Origin: Alphaproteobacteria bacterium
Lineage (GTDB): Bacteria; Pseudomonadota; Alphaproteobacteria; JBKEAR01
Direction of reading: 5' to 3'
DNA length: 64,000 bases
NCBI GenBank assembly: GCA_047972425.1
Contig: JBKEAR010000003.1
Span: 166,422 to 230,421, forward strand
The translations under genes were made by a program, and so were the position numbers. Shown here in pieces: positions 32,601 to 42,338 of this stretch (positions within the stretch are counted from its first letter, which is position 1; the number at the start of each line of letters is the position of its first letter). The notes under the pieces are model-generated. The model had not been told where the DNA came from. It searched no databases and was given only the letters and a program-made list of their open reading frames with translations.

Positions 32601-33302
32601 GGTGGTCATAAGGTTTATTTGCGTACGGGTGAATATGAAAATGGTAAGCTTGCTGAAATTTTTGTGGATATGCATAAAGAGGGGGCAACCTTTCGCTCGC
32701 TCATGAATAACTTTGCGATAGCGGTTTCTATTGGTTTGCAATATGGCGTGCCACTAGATGAATATGTGGATGCATTTACATTCACACGTTTTGAGCCATC
32801 GGGTATGGTTGAGGGCAATGATTCGATTAAAATGTCGACCTCTATCATTGATTATTTGTTCCGTGAATTGGCTATTTCTTATTTGGGTCGCGATGAATTT
32901 GCCCATGTAACACCCAAAGAAATTAATACCGAAATGCTTGCAAAGCCATCGGCCGGATATATTCGCCAAACCAATATGGAAACATTTGAATATATGAGCA
33001 ATATGGTTGATGCCGATATGGATGAGGTTGTCAAACCCGTATCTGATGAACCTGCCGCAACATCGGTTGGTGGATTTACTATCAAATTTAAGGATAGTAA
33101 TGATGATAAAACAATGGCAAAAACATCGGGTGCAGCTGCGGCGATTGCTGTTTCGGAACGCTCTAATGAAGATAAAGCGGCTGAGGCAAAGCTTAAAGGT
33201 TACGAAGGTGATTCTTGCCCCGAATGTGGTAACTTTACTTTAGTCCGCAATGGTACTTGCTTAAAATGTATGACATGCGGTGGTACCACCGGTTGCTCAT
33301 AA
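29646..33302 (+). CDS. nrdJ: Adenosylcobalamin-dependent class II ribonucleotide reductase NrdJ (long alphaproteobacterial form)
   Basis: 1218 aa. Active-site SNPCSEY region ([14 protein letters not shown]). C-terminal CPECGN...CLKCMTCGG zinc ribbon. Size typical of Rhizobiales NrdJ. Confidence 0.9.
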   Translation: MRIERSFTKRDQNPYDLIEFIKTNSEIRNPDGSVVFQAKNFEVPKQWSQVAADIIAQKYFRRAGIPAYLKKVEEDGIPTWLQRSEPDNARLKELPKAERLIGETSAQQVFDRLAGTWTYWGYKNNYFNTEEDAHAFFDEMRYMLAMQMGAPNSPQWFNTGLHWAYGIDGHSQGHYYVDPQTQKLVKSKSAYEHPQPHACFIQSVNDDLVNEGGIMDLWVREARLFKYGSGTGSNFSNIRGEGESLSGGGKSSGLMSFLSVGDRAAGAIKSGGTTRRAAKMVIVNVDHPDIEQFINWKVREEQKVAALVAGSKATHAALNKIVAACRDSDTEDLFSQNAYDPKVNRKLRRAILDARSAMVPENYIQRVIKMAEMGVEKIDFPTFNTDFTSEAYITVAGQNSNNSIRVTDDFMHAVNQDKAWYLTSRIDGSVVKEISAKSLWEDVGYAAWACADPGIQFDTTINDWHTCPQSGPINGSNPCSEYMFLDDTACNLASLNLVAFQKEDGSLDIEAYTHAVRLWTIVLELSVVMAQFPSKEIAKLSYKFRTTGLGYANLGGFLMSAAIAYDSDEARAFTGAVTALLTGIAYKTSAEMAGEQGAFEGYAENKNDMLRVMRNHRRAAYGEKDGYENLHIKPLAINQAEVKDKSLLKAAQASWDAVIELGEQHGYRNAQVSVIAPTGTIGLVMDCDTTGVEPDYALVKFKKLVGGGYFRIINQRVPVALKRLGYSKEAINDIIKYAVGYGSLKSSPTINYNNLEEKGFGHKQIEALEVTLKDAFDIRFVFNKWTLGEGFITETLGVDKNLLDDPSFDLLKHLGFSKSEIDIANNHVCGTMTVEGAPHLRDEHLPVFDCATPCGRIGKRFLSAEAHILLMASAQPFISGAISKTVNMPANSTIDECLKAYELSWETGIKANALYRDGSKLSQPLSAVALDDETDDEELKAAEVAELPQPDQAVYIAQKQVSQIWKPKRIQPPSRRKGYTQKARVGGHKVYLRTGEYENGKLAEIFVDMHKEGATFRSLMNNFAIAVSIGLQYGVPLDEYVDAFTFTRFEPSGMVEGNDSIKMSTSIIDYLFRELAISYLGRDEFAHVTPKEINTEMLAKPSAGYIRQTNMETFEYMSNMVDADMDEVVKPVSDEPAATSVGGFTIKFKDSNDDKTMAKTSGAAAAIAVSERSNEDKAAEAKLKGYEGDSCPECGNFTLVRNGTCLKCMTCGGTTGCS

Positions 33303-33321
33303 AATAATTAAAATAATAGAC

Positions 33322-33360
33322 ATAAAAAAGGAATCTTAATTTTAAGATTCCTTTTTCTTT
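33322..33360. terminator. Bidirectional terminator between nrdJ and accC
   Basis: AAGGAATCTTA-atttt-TAAGATTCCTT 11-bp perfect stem, A run upstream, T run downstream. Confidence 0.6.
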
Positions 33361-33375
33361 AAGTTAAAGCAAATA

Positions 33376-34737
33376 TTATTTTTTATCTTCTTTTTTTAAT
33401 TGCTCATCAAGCCAATTTTCAAGCCAATGGATATAATAATTTCCATTAATAAAATCAGCTTCATTCATAATTTTCTGATGCAACGGTATAGTTGTTTTTA
33501 TGCCGCTAATAACGGCTTCGTCCAGTGTACGACGAAGACGCATTAAACATTCATTACGGTTTGCACCATGAACAATAATTTTAGCCACCATGCTATCGTA
33601 CCAAGGGGGAATGGAATATCCGGAGTAAATGGCTGAATCTACCCGCACACCTAATCCGCCTGGTGCATGATAATCTTCTATACGCCCCGGTGATGGCATA
33701 AATGTTTCGGGGTCTTCGGCATTAATACGGCACTCAATAGCATGGCCATTAAATTTCACATCGCTTTGTTTGTAAGATAATGGTGCACCTGCTGCAATAC
33801 GGATCATTTGCCGAACTAAGTCAAAACCTGTAACCATTTCCGTTACCGGATGCTCAACTTGTAACCTTGTGTTCATTTCCATAAAATAAAACCGACCGTT
33901 TTCGAACAAATATTCAACTGTTCCGGCAGAGCGATAACCTACTTTTTTTACAGCATTTGCCGTAATTTCACCGATTTCTTTGCGTAATTCTTCCGATAAG
34001 GCAGGGGATGGTGCTTCCTCGATTAGTTTTTGATTGCGGCGTTGGATTGAGCAATCACGCTCGCCCAAATAGACCACATTACCATAGCTATCGGCCATAA
34101 TCTGAAGTTCAATATGGCGTGGATGCTCAAGATATTTTTCAATATAAACAGCTGCATTACCAAAGTTCGATTCGGCTTCGCGACGGGCTAGGTTAAAAGC
34201 TTGCTCTAACTGATCTTCGGAACGAACAATTTGCATGCCCTTTCCGCCACCACCCGATGCCGCTTTGATAATGACCGGATAACCAATCTCTAAACAAGTT
34301 TCTTTGGCAATAGATAAAGATTTTACTTCGCCATCAGATCCGGGAACCACAGGGATACCCGCATCTTTCATACTTTGTTTGGCAACAATTTTATCACCCA
34401 TCATCCGGATATGCTCGGGCTTAGGGCCAATAAAAGCCAGACCATGGGCTTCAACCATTTCGGCAAAATCGGCATTTTCCGATAAAAAACCATAACCGGG
34501 GTGAACAGCCTCGGCACCGGTAATAACTGCCGCTGATATAATGGCTTGCATATTTAAATAGCTACCCGTTGCCGGGGGAGGGCCAATACAAATAGCTTCA
34601 TCTGCTAAACGAACATGCATCGCATCACTATCAGCAGTAGAATGAATGGCTACGGTCTTAATACCCATTTCTTTACAGGCTCTATGAATCCGTAAAGCAA
34701 TCTCTCCGCGGTTAGCAATAAGAATTTTTTCAAACAT
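33376..34737 (-). CDS. accC: Acetyl-CoA carboxylase biotin carboxylase subunit AccC
   Basis: [18 protein letters not shown]-terminus. AAGGAG SD before the ATG at 34737. ATP-grasp motifs. Confidence 0.95.
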   Translation of the reverse strand: MFEKILIANRGEIALRIHRACKEMGIKTVAIHSTADSDAMHVRLADEAICIGPPPATGSYLNMQAIISAAVITGAEAVHPGYGFLSENADFAEMVEAHGLAFIGPKPEHIRMMGDKIVAKQSMKDAGIPVVPGSDGEVKSLSIAKETCLEIGYPVIIKAASGGGGKGMQIVRSEDQLEQAFNLARREAESNFGNAAVYIEKYLEHPRHIELQIMADSYGNVVYLGERDCSIQRRNQKLIEEAPSPALSEELRKEIGEITANAVKKVGYRSAGTVEYLFENGRFYFMEMNTRLQVEHPVTEMVTGFDLVRQMIRIAAGAPLSYKQSDVKFNGHAIECRINAEDPETFMPSPGRIEDYHAPGGLGVRVDSAIYSGYSIPPWYDSMVAKIIVHGANRNECLMRLRRTLDEAVISGIKTTIPLHQKIMNEADFINGNYYIHWLENWLDEQLKKEDKK

Positions 34738-34747
34738 ATTCTTCTCC

Positions 34748-35239
34748 TTATTCGATGATAAGAAGAGGAGAGCCAAACTCTACCGGTTCACCAGCTTCTA
34801 CAAAAATTTGTTTTACAGTTCCTGAGCGGGGTGCTTTTATAGGGTTAAATACCTTCATGGCTTCAATCAGTAACAATGTATCTCCCTCATTGACCCTTGT
34901 ACCAACACTAACAAAGTCATCGGTATCGGGGTCTGGCTTTGTATAGACAATTCCGACCATAGGCGCAGATATAACACCCGGATGATTTTCAGGCGATGGA
35001 ACAACCTCGGCAGGGGTTGCAGCCGCAGATGCTTCATTCGTTGCAGCAGCTGCAGGTGTAAAAGCAGAAGATGGTGCAGGCATTTGCACAGGGGCAGCGG
35101 CAACTTGTGTAATTTGGATTTCTTTTGCTAGACGGATTTGGATATCATCTCTTTCGATTTCGATTTCAGTTAAGCCACTTTCTTCAATAATTTTGGCTAA
35201 TTCACGGATGAATTCTGATGTTGTTAAATCTTTTTCCAT
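34748..35239 (-). CDS. accB: Acetyl-CoA carboxylase biotin carboxyl carrier protein AccB
   Basis: C-terminal biotinyl domain [17 protein letters not shown] and Ala/Pro-rich linker. Confidence 0.9.
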   Translation of the reverse strand: MEKDLTTSEFIRELAKIIEESGLTEIEIERDDIQIRLAKEIQITQVAAAPVQMPAPSSAFTPAAAATNEASAAATPAEVVPSPENHPGVISAPMVGIVYTKPDPDTDDFVSVGTRVNEGDTLLLIEAMKVFNPIKAPRSGTVKQIFVEAGEPVEFGSPLLIIE

Positions 35240-35252
35240 ATAAATGAAACTC

Positions 35253-35717
35253 CTAGTTATTTTTTATATTTTTTGAAATTGCATCAATTGCAGCTATATA
35301 TCCTTGTGCCCCTAAGCCACATATCACAGCTGTTGCAATATCTGAGATATAGGAAAAATGACGGAAGGATTCTCTGGTATGAATATTGCTAAGGTGAACC
35401 TCATAAAGTAGGGGGATATTAACACTAAGCAGAGCATCGCGTATGGCAACCGATGTATGTGTCCATGCCGCCGGATTAATAATCACAGCACAAACTTCAT
35501 CGCTATTAATCTGATGAATAAAGTCAATCATCTTTCCTTCGTGATTTGTTTGAAAGCAAGATGCATGTAAGTTTAAATTTTGCGCATACCGAATACAATC
35601 GGCTTCTATCTCTTTTAATGTTTTATGCCCATAAACTTCAGGTTCTCTTAAACCCAATCGGTTTATATTGGGGCCGTTTAATATTAGGATTGTTTTTCCC
35701 AAAATCAATAACTCCAA
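35253..35717 (-). CDS. aroQ: Type II 3-dehydroquinate dehydratase
   Basis: ILILNGPNINRLGLREPEVYG and HLSNIHTRE motifs. Classic aroQ-accB-accC operon. Confidence 0.85.
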   Translation of the reverse strand: MELLILGKTILILNGPNINRLGLREPEVYGHKTLKEIEADCIRYAQNLNLHASCFQTNHEGKMIDFIHQINSDEVCAVIINPAAWTHTSVAIRDALLSVNIPLLYEVHLSNIHTRESFRHFSYISDIATAVICGLGAQGYIAAIDAISKNIKNN

Positions 35718-35762
35718 ATTTAGTTAATCCACTATTTATACCATGTATAATAAATTTTCCTA

Positions 35763-35800
35763 TAAAAAAAACCACTTTTCTAAGCGAAAAGTGGTTTTCT
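35763..35800 (-). terminator. Terminator downstream of the NSS transporter gene
   Basis: AACCACTTTT-ctaagcg-AAAAGTGGTT hairpin with an A run on + (a T run on the - strand). Confidence 0.5.
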
Positions 35801-35821
35801 ATATCTATTATAGGGTTTGTT

Positions 35822-37246
35822 TTAGAAGCTTGAATAGACAATGAAGGCAATCAGAGCCGGAATAACAATACCAAGCAAATAACGCCAGCTATTTAAAAAT
35901 GCGGTTGAAATTGAACTTCCTGTTTGGATTTCTTCTTTCAATTTGTCCCAAATTCCCCATGCAGAGCAAGCACAGACACCAAATCCGCCAAGTGGAATAA
36001 GTAGTTTTGTAGAGAATTCATCATCAATTGCTGTTAATAAATCTGCAGGCTGTGCCATCCATGGCCAAGCGAATGTAATGGGCTCCATACCTAAAAGTTC
36101 GTATCCACCCAAACTTAATGATATGGGAATACCAACTAAAAAAGCTGCAACATAAACAATAGAAACTGCAATTCCTTTATTAAGGTTAAAGGTTTCTGCA
36201 AACCAAGCGGCTACAGCTTCAGCAATCGAGATATTTGAAGTTAAAGCAGCAATTGTTAAAAGTGCAAAGAAAATAAAGCCAAAAATATAAGGTAGGCTTG
36301 CAAAGACCTTAGGTAATGTCACAAATACCAAGCCTGCACCCGCATTTACGGTTTCGGCACCGGTTGCAGGATCAATAGTTTGCATGCCGAAAGCAAAAAC
36401 GATTGGTAATGTCATAAAGCCCGCTAAAATAGCAATAAATGTATCGGCAATCGCGATTGTAACGGCAGATTTTGGTAAATTTTCTGTTTTATCTAAATAA
36501 GAGCCATATGTCATCATAAGCAAAAAGCCAATGGAAAGAGAGAAGAATGCGTGAGATAAAGCAATTTGGGTTACCTTAAAAAAGCGACCTTCAATTTTAC
36601 TAAAATCGGGCTGTAAATAATAAGCAACACCATCCCAAGGGCTACCAATACCTGTATTTAAGGTAAGGGCTTTAAAAATAATAATGGCAATAAAAATTAA
36701 TAAAAGTGGCATTAAAATTTTATTTGATTTTTCAAGACCTTCATTAACACCAAGAGCAACAATAACAATTGTTACCAAAGCAAAAATTGCGCCCCAAAAT
36801 AAAGGGGTAAACCAGCTAAGGAATGTACCACTGCCAGAGATTGTTGCACCAAAATCGGGGGCATATCCGGATTGTGCAGTAAACATGGCTAATAAATAAT
36901 CCCATGTAAAGCTTAATGACCAACCCGCAACAATAAAATAAAACGATAAGATTAAAAAAGCGGCCAATAACCCAAAGATGGGAAAGATTGCCCATAATTT
37001 ACCAATGCTTTTAAAATGCATGCTAAAAGCTTTAACGCCATTCGCTTGCGCCAATCGACCCATAGCGATTTCGGCTGTCATTAACGAAAAACCAATAACA
37101 GCAATGATTACCAAATAGATGGCTAAAAAGGCACCGCCGCCATTTTCGGCAACAACATTAGGGAAACGCCATATGTTCCCTAGACCGATAGCTGAACCCG
37201 CAGCCGCTAAAATAAATCCCGTATGGGACTTCCAATGTTGACGCAT
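35822..37246 (-). CDS. Sodium-dependent transporter, neurotransmitter:sodium symporter (NSS/SNF) family
   Basis: AAAGSAIGLGNIWRFP signature. About 12 TM segments. Confidence 0.8.
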   Translation of the reverse strand: MRQHWKSHTGFILAAAGSAIGLGNIWRFPNVVAENGGGAFLAIYLVIIAVIGFSLMTAEIAMGRLAQANGVKAFSMHFKSIGKLWAIFPIFGLLAAFLILSFYFIVAGWSLSFTWDYLLAMFTAQSGYAPDFGATISGSGTFLSWFTPLFWGAIFALVTIVIVALGVNEGLEKSNKILMPLLLIFIAIIIFKALTLNTGIGSPWDGVAYYLQPDFSKIEGRFFKVTQIALSHAFFSLSIGFLLMMTYGSYLDKTENLPKSAVTIAIADTFIAILAGFMTLPIVFAFGMQTIDPATGAETVNAGAGLVFVTLPKVFASLPYIFGFIFFALLTIAALTSNISIAEAVAAWFAETFNLNKGIAVSIVYVAAFLVGIPISLSLGGYELLGMEPITFAWPWMAQPADLLTAIDDEFSTKLLIPLGGFGVCACSAWGIWDKLKEEIQTGSSISTAFLNSWRYLLGIVIPALIAFIVYSSF

Positions 37247-37377
37247 AATATTTTCCCTTCAAATATTCATTACACGATATATATAATTTGCTTAAATTAA
37301 GCAGTATTTGCTAAAATAATAAAAATTTCTTATAAAGACAAGAAAGTATCAATAAAAAATAAAGGATTATCACAAAT

Positions 37378-38043
37378 ATGGTATCAAATAAACAAAATAA
37401 ACGCATTGGTTTTATCTTAATTACAATAGCGTTCATATGCGGTGGTATCCTCCTTTATCGGCAACTGGGTGGATATATGATTACCCCTGAGATTGTTTAT
37501 CCGCTTGTTCTTTTAGTGTGGTTTAGTGGCGGGGTGTGGGCGGCTTTTCGCTCAAATTCAGGTCAATTTATGCGTATAGCTTTGGGCTGGGTAATGGTTT
37601 TTACAGCCATATTTTTTGCCTATAATTTTTATCAGGATTATAAAAATCATCGTATTGCTCAACAAACAGAGGGGCAAATGCCTGATTTTGTAATGCAAAA
37701 AAAAGGTAGTCACTTTTATACCGATGCTTATGTGAATAATGTTCGTGTATCTTTTATGCTAGATTCGGGGGCATCAATGGTGGTATTAACAAAACAAGCC
37801 GCCCAAAGAGTTGGGATTGATGTTGATAAAATTAATGATCGTGTTTTATTATCAACTGCAAATGGTGAAAAGTTAGAAAAAGTAACTTATGTGGATGAAA
37901 TACGTTTGGGTGATATTATTGCAACCAATATACGTGTTGCAATTTCCGAAGAAGGGTTAGATGAAAATTTGCTTGGTCAAAATTTTATGAGTGAAGTTTC
38001 TAAAAAAGTTGAAGTCGGCAATGAGCTTCGCTTATGGAAATAA
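37378..38043 (+). CDS. Membrane-anchored retropepsin-like (clan AA, TIGR02281-type) aspartic protease
   Basis: Two N-terminal TM helices. C-terminal domain with FMLDSGASMVVLTKQAAQRVGI, an aspartyl protease DSGA motif. Confidence 0.6.
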   Translation: MVSNKQNKRIGFILITIAFICGGILLYRQLGGYMITPEIVYPLVLLVWFSGGVWAAFRSNSGQFMRIALGWVMVFTAIFFAYNFYQDYKNHRIAQQTEGQMPDFVMQKKGSHFYTDAYVNNVRVSFMLDSGASMVVLTKQAAQRVGIDVDKINDRVLLSTANGEKLEKVTYVDEIRLGDIIATNIRVAISEEGLDENLLGQNFMSEVSKKVEVGNELRLWK

Positions 38044-38654
38044 TATCATCAGAGCTTTTTAGAGGCTTAACCTTAGGTGGGTCTTTGATTATAGCAATTG
38101 GTGCACAAAATGCTCATATTTTACGCCAAGGCATCATAAGGCAATCGCCATGGCTAACCGCCTTTATATGTAGTATATGCGATACCATACTGATAGCTTG
38201 TGCTATTTGGGTTTTTGGTCAAATTTTTCAACAAAATGTTTGGTTAACAAATATTGCTATCATTGGCGGATGTTTGTATTTGCTCTATTTCTCCTTTGAG
38301 AGTTTTAAGGCTGTATTTTCTAATCAAAGTTTAGATATTACGGTTGGCCAAAATACTAAAAATTTACGTAATATTATCATGCGCACATTAATGGTTAGCC
38401 TGTTAAATCCCCATGCATTGCTCGATACTTTTGTTATTATGGGTAGCGCCACAGTTACACTTAACCCTGCAGAAAAAATGTCATTCATGATTGGTGCAAT
38501 TATTGCCTCTTGGGTATGGTTTTGGGGATTAGCCGGGCTTGCTCATCAATTATCGCCTATATTATCGCGCCCCAATATTTGGCGGATAATTAATACGATT
38601 ATTGGTTTAATCTTACTCTATTTTGCCATTCATCTTTTTAGGGCATTATTTTAA
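38034..38654 (+). CDS. LysE/ArgO family amino acid exporter
   Basis: 206 aa, 6 TM. GAQNAHILRQG near the N-terminus is typical of LysE/ArgO. Confidence 0.75.
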   Translation: MEIISSELFRGLTLGGSLIIAIGAQNAHILRQGIIRQSPWLTAFICSICDTILIACAIWVFGQIFQQNVWLTNIAIIGGCLYLLYFSFESFKAVFSNQSLDITVGQNTKNLRNIIMRTLMVSLLNPHALLDTFVIMGSATVTLNPAEKMSFMIGAIIASWVWFWGLAGLAHQLSPILSRPNIWRIINTIIGLILLYFAIHLFRALF

Positions 38655-38656
38655 TA

Positions 38657-38683
38657 AAAAGCTCCCCAAATTGGGGAGCTTTT
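38657..38683. terminator. Bidirectional terminator between the LysE and helicase-domain genes
   Basis: AGCTCCCC-aaatt-GGGGAGCT hairpin flanked by A and T runs. Confidence 0.55.
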
Positions 38684-39787
38684 TTATTCATCTTCGGTCT
38701 CTAAAGTGGAATTTTTAAATAGTATTTCCTTAAGCATAAAGGCAGGGGTATGTTCCCCCATACCAATTATACGCCCTTGTGGATTACGACGAACCTTGGG
38801 TTTGGCCATTTGTTTGACTTCGATATCAAGCTTAATTTCATTATCGGCCGGTTCTTCAATAGCAGGTTGTTCAGGGGCAGTTACCTCTGTAATTTTATCA
38901 CTTTGGCGCCGCCGTGTCCGTTTTTTGGGTAAACGTTGCTCGGTTGTATCTGGCTTTGTTTTCCGTGGGCGTGTACGGGTTTTAGAAACAGCCTCAATAT
39001 CTGTTGCTACATCTGTTATTACATTGTCTTCAGCAGCTTCTTCAACTACAGCTGCAGCTTTGGCCGCTTTTGGTTGTTTCTTTTGCTTACTTGAAGGTTT
39101 AGCAGATTTTTTTCTTCTCGATTTTTTATCTGGTTCAGCTTCATCAACTGTTTTTACACCAGTATCATCAGCTTTTTCTTCAGCTTGGTTTCCTGATTTT
39201 TTTGGCTTTGCTTGTGTTGGTAATTTATCACTATGAAAATCAATACCAATATTGACATTATGATGGCCTTTTAATCGGCCCAACTGAAGATTAACATTTT
39301 TATCTAAAATATTTTGAATATATTTTGTATCTTCTGGGGAAACAAAAGACCAGATTTCTGCAGGTTTTTTCATTGATATTGCAAAAGATAAATTATCCAA
39401 ATAGTCTTTAACTTTGGTTGGTAAATCAAATTGAAGAATATGAGAGATATTGGTTTTGTTATCAACATCTTTTAGTTGTGCATGTGTTCCAACAAAAAAT
39501 AGTGATTTATTTTTCGCCGATTGAATTTTGTTTTCAATATCTTCTTTACTTAAGCCTTCTAAAGCATAAACCTGATCGGTAAAATCTTTGTCTAAAGATT
39601 TAATAATTGCGGTTACACTTCGTTTTTGATTACAGATGATAAGGCTTGTTTTTGTTTTTCTGTTCAAAATAAATTGGCGTAAAAGTATACGTTTTTTCGC
39701 CGATACGGATTCTGTACGTTTTTCCCCAGCTTTTAGGGTTAATATATATTGTTTTACAGAATTTTCCACTTTTGTGGGCGCATTCAC
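38684..39787 (-). CDS. Stand-alone degenerate DEAD-box helicase C-terminal (RecA domain 2)-like protein with a Lys/Arg-rich tail
   Basis: GTG start with GGAG SD. Residues ~30-170 align to DEAD-box domain 2 (KKRILLRQFIL...TSLIICNQKRSVTAIIKSL...LSKEDIENKIQSAKNKSLFFVGTHAQLKDVD...ILQFDLPTKVKDYLDNLS), but motif VI (HRIGRTGR) is lost. No domain 1, Walker A or DEAD motif. The C-terminal ~200 aa are polybasic low complexity (KKSRRKKSAKPSSKQKKQPKAAKAA...). Confidence 0.5.
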   Translation of the reverse strand: MNAPTKVENSVKQYILTLKAGEKRTESVSAKKRILLRQFILNRKTKTSLIICNQKRSVTAIIKSLDKDFTDQVYALEGLSKEDIENKIQSAKNKSLFFVGTHAQLKDVDNKTNISHILQFDLPTKVKDYLDNLSFAISMKKPAEIWSFVSPEDTKYIQNILDKNVNLQLGRLKGHHNVNIGIDFHSDKLPTQAKPKKSGNQAEEKADDTGVKTVDEAEPDKKSRRKKSAKPSSKQKKQPKAAKAAAVVEEAAEDNVITDVATDIEAVSKTRTRPRKTKPDTTEQRLPKKRTRRRQSDKITEVTAPEQPAIEEPADNEIKLDIEVKQMAKPKVRRNPQGRIIGMGEHTPAFMLKEILFKNSTLETEDE

Positions 39788-39938
39788 CGGATTTTCTCCT
39801 TTAATTGGTATTATAAATAAAAAATAAAATATGAATGAGGCTTAATAGTATAAAGCCCATAATTAATATTGCCTTTGGTTGTTGTTTTATCATATTGTTA
39901 TGCATCTTACAAAATATTAATTAATAAAGACATGGATA

Positions 39939-40634
39939 ATGAAGCAAAATCTTATTTTAATTCCGGGATTACTCAATGATGAACGCTTGTGGCGGCATCA
40001 AATTCAGTTTTTCGAAAATGATTACAACATTATTGTTCCTAAAATAAAAGGGCACACACATATCTCGGCCATGGCGAGGGAGATTATTGAAAATGCGCCG
40101 GAAAGCTTTGCTTTAGCCGGGCTTTCCATGGGGGGCTATATTGCTATGGAGATGTTGCGCCAAGCATCATCGCGTATCAATAAAGTTGCTTTTTTAGACA
40201 CAAGTTGGCTAGCAGATGATGAAAACCGCCAAAAAGATCGCCATAGATTAATGGATTTATCGGAAATGGGACGCTTTGAAGGGGTTACCGACTTACTTTT
40301 AAAGCAAATTGTTGCTAAAGAAAATCTTGATAATCCCGCAATTACAAATGTTATTAAAACGATGGCTAAAGAAACCGGGCAAAAAGAGTTTATTAATCAA
40401 CAAAAGCTTATTCTTTCTCGCCCCGATAGTGTGCGCGATTTTTCATCTATCCGGGTGCCGGCATTATGTTTGGTCGGGCGCGAAGATAAGCTTACACCAC
40501 CCCATATTTTAAAGGAGATGTCTGCAGCTTTAAAAGAAGGCATATATTGCGAAATTGAAGGTGCAGGGCATTTGCCCCCCTTAGAGCAACCCATTGCCGT
40601 AACGGCTGCTATGCAGGTTTGGCTAGGATTATAG
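39939..40634 (+). CDS. Alpha/beta-fold hydrolase
   Basis: GLSMGG nucleophile elbow. 231 aa. Confidence 0.7.
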   Translation: MKQNLILIPGLLNDERLWRHQIQFFENDYNIIVPKIKGHTHISAMAREIIENAPESFALAGLSMGGYIAMEMLRQASSRINKVAFLDTSWLADDENRQKDRHRLMDLSEMGRFEGVTDLLLKQIVAKENLDNPAITNVIKTMAKETGQKEFINQQKLILSRPDSVRDFSSIRVPALCLVGREDKLTPPHILKEMSAALKEGIYCEIEGAGHLPPLEQPIAVTAAMQVWLGL

Positions 40635-40708
40635 GCAAAAAGGCTTGATAGTTTTGTGATAGTTGCTTAAAATAGCAACCGAATTGAAAATATATTTTTA
40701 GGTATTTG

Positions 40709-41107
40709 ATGAAAAAAATTATTTTACCCTTAATTTTCTTGGCTGCTTGCACCCAAGAAACACCAGATTTTATGCAATCGGCTGGTGCAAATGCAAAGAA
40801 AGAATGCCCCATTATCTCAAGCGGGCAAACAGTGGCTGTTGCAAAAATTACCTTTGATAAACAAAGTTTAGAGCTCACATCCAAAGATCAAGAAATTTTG
40901 GGTGAGGTTGCTGATATGTATCAGAGATGCGGTGGTAAAATAGTCATTAATGGTTCAAATTCATCATCAGAACCTGCCGATTACGGTTTTTTACGGGCTG
41001 GAGTCGTATCTAAAGAGCTCGAAAAAAATCGCGTAAATCCAAATATCATGGATTTTCAACAAAAAAACAATGCAACCCGAGATGTTATTGTCTCATTTAA
41101 GAAATAG
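40709..41107 (+). CDS. Small lipoprotein with degenerate OmpA-like C-terminal domain
   Basis: Lipobox LAACT. Region ITFDKQSLELTSKDQEILGEVADMY...NGSNSSSEPADYGFLRAGVVSKEL resembles the OmpA_C pattern. Confidence 0.45.
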   Translation: MKKIILPLIFLAACTQETPDFMQSAGANAKKECPIISSGQTVAVAKITFDKQSLELTSKDQEILGEVADMYQRCGGKIVINGSNSSSEPADYGFLRAGVVSKELEKNRVNPNIMDFQQKNNATRDVIVSFKK

Positions 41108-41116
41108 GAAAGTAAA

Positions 41117-42334
41117 ATGAATAACGAATTTCACGCTTTACGTCGTTTGCCCCCTTATGTTTTTGCCGAAGTTAATCGGTTAAAGGCGGCGGCGCGAGCG
41201 GCAGGGGAAGACGTTATTGATTTTGGCATGGGTAACCCGGATTCGCCATCGCCCAAGCATGTGGTGGAGAAATTACGTGAAACCGTGCTAAACCCTAAAA
41301 CACATGGATATTCAACATCTAAGGGTATTAAGGGTTTACGCAATGCATTTAGTGCCTATTATGATCGCCGATTTAATGTAAAAATTAATCCGGAAACCGA
41401 AGCCGTTGTGACTTTGGGTTCTAAAGAAGGTTTGGCCAATTTAGCCTATGCTATCTCTAGCCCGGGCGATGTTTTTTTAGTGCCATCACCTAGCTACCCA
41501 ATCCATCAGTTCGGGTTTGTTATCAGTGGGGGTGTTGTACGCACTTTGCCAGTTACACCCGATGAAAAGTTAATCCATGCCATTGAGCGTGCCGTTAAAT
41601 ATTCGGTGCCTGCACCAACGGCGATTGTACTTAACTATCCCAATAATCCCACAGGGCAAGTTGCCGATATCGAATTTTACAAAGATGTTGTTAAATTGGC
41701 TAAAAAACATGGTTTATGGGTACTTTCGGATTTAGCTTATGCCGAGCTCTATTTCGATGGCAATCCACCGCCAAGTATTTTACAGGTAGAAGGCGCAAAG
41801 GATATAGCCGTAGAATTTACATCGATGTCTAAAACCTATTCTATGGCGGGCTGGCGTATTGGTTTTGCCGCAGGTAATGAGCGCTTAATTAATGCATTGG
41901 CGCGGGTAAAATCTTATTTGGATTATGGTGCATTTACCCCCATACAAGTTGCTGCAGCAACCGCGTTAAATGGCGACCAAAGCTATGTTGACGAAATGCG
42001 CGAACTTTATAAAAAACGCCGTAATACATTATTAGATGGTGTTAATCCTTCAGGGTGGATATTACCGGAGTCGAAAGCCACAATGTTTGTATGGGCAAAA
42101 GTGCCCGATGAATTTGAGCATTTAGGCTCGTTGGGTTTTTCGAAAATATTACTTCAAGGGGCAAATGTTGCTGTTGCACCGGGTGTTGGCTTTGGTGAAG
42201 AGGGCGAGGGCTATGTGCGTTTTGGCACAGTTGAAAATGAACAAAGAATAAGGCAAGCGGCAAAAAATATTCGTCAATTCATGGCCAATAAAGACCATTG
42301 GCTTAGTGTAGCGGAACAAGAAAAGGAAAAATAG
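41117..42334 (+). CDS. Class I/II PLP-dependent aminotransferase (AlaA/AspC-like)
   Basis: SMSKTYSMAGWRIGF PLP-lysine motif. 405 aa. Confidence 0.8.
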   Translation: MNNEFHALRRLPPYVFAEVNRLKAAARAAGEDVIDFGMGNPDSPSPKHVVEKLRETVLNPKTHGYSTSKGIKGLRNAFSAYYDRRFNVKINPETEAVVTLGSKEGLANLAYAISSPGDVFLVPSPSYPIHQFGFVISGGVVRTLPVTPDEKLIHAIERAVKYSVPAPTAIVLNYPNNPTGQVADIEFYKDVVKLAKKHGLWVLSDLAYAELYFDGNPPPSILQVEGAKDIAVEFTSMSKTYSMAGWRIGFAAGNERLINALARVKSYLDYGAFTPIQVAAATALNGDQSYVDEMRELYKKRRNTLLDGVNPSGWILPESKATMFVWAKVPDEFEHLGSLGFSKILLQGANVAVAPGVGFGEEGEGYVRFGTVENEQRIRQAAKNIRQFMANKDHWLSVAEQEKEK

Positions 42335-42338
42335 ATAA

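Noticed and set aside
38706-39236. 176-aa + strand ORF inside the helicase-domain gene
   Set aside because: Antisense to the polybasic tail coding region. Ser/Ala/Leu-rich, typical low-complexity antisense artefact.
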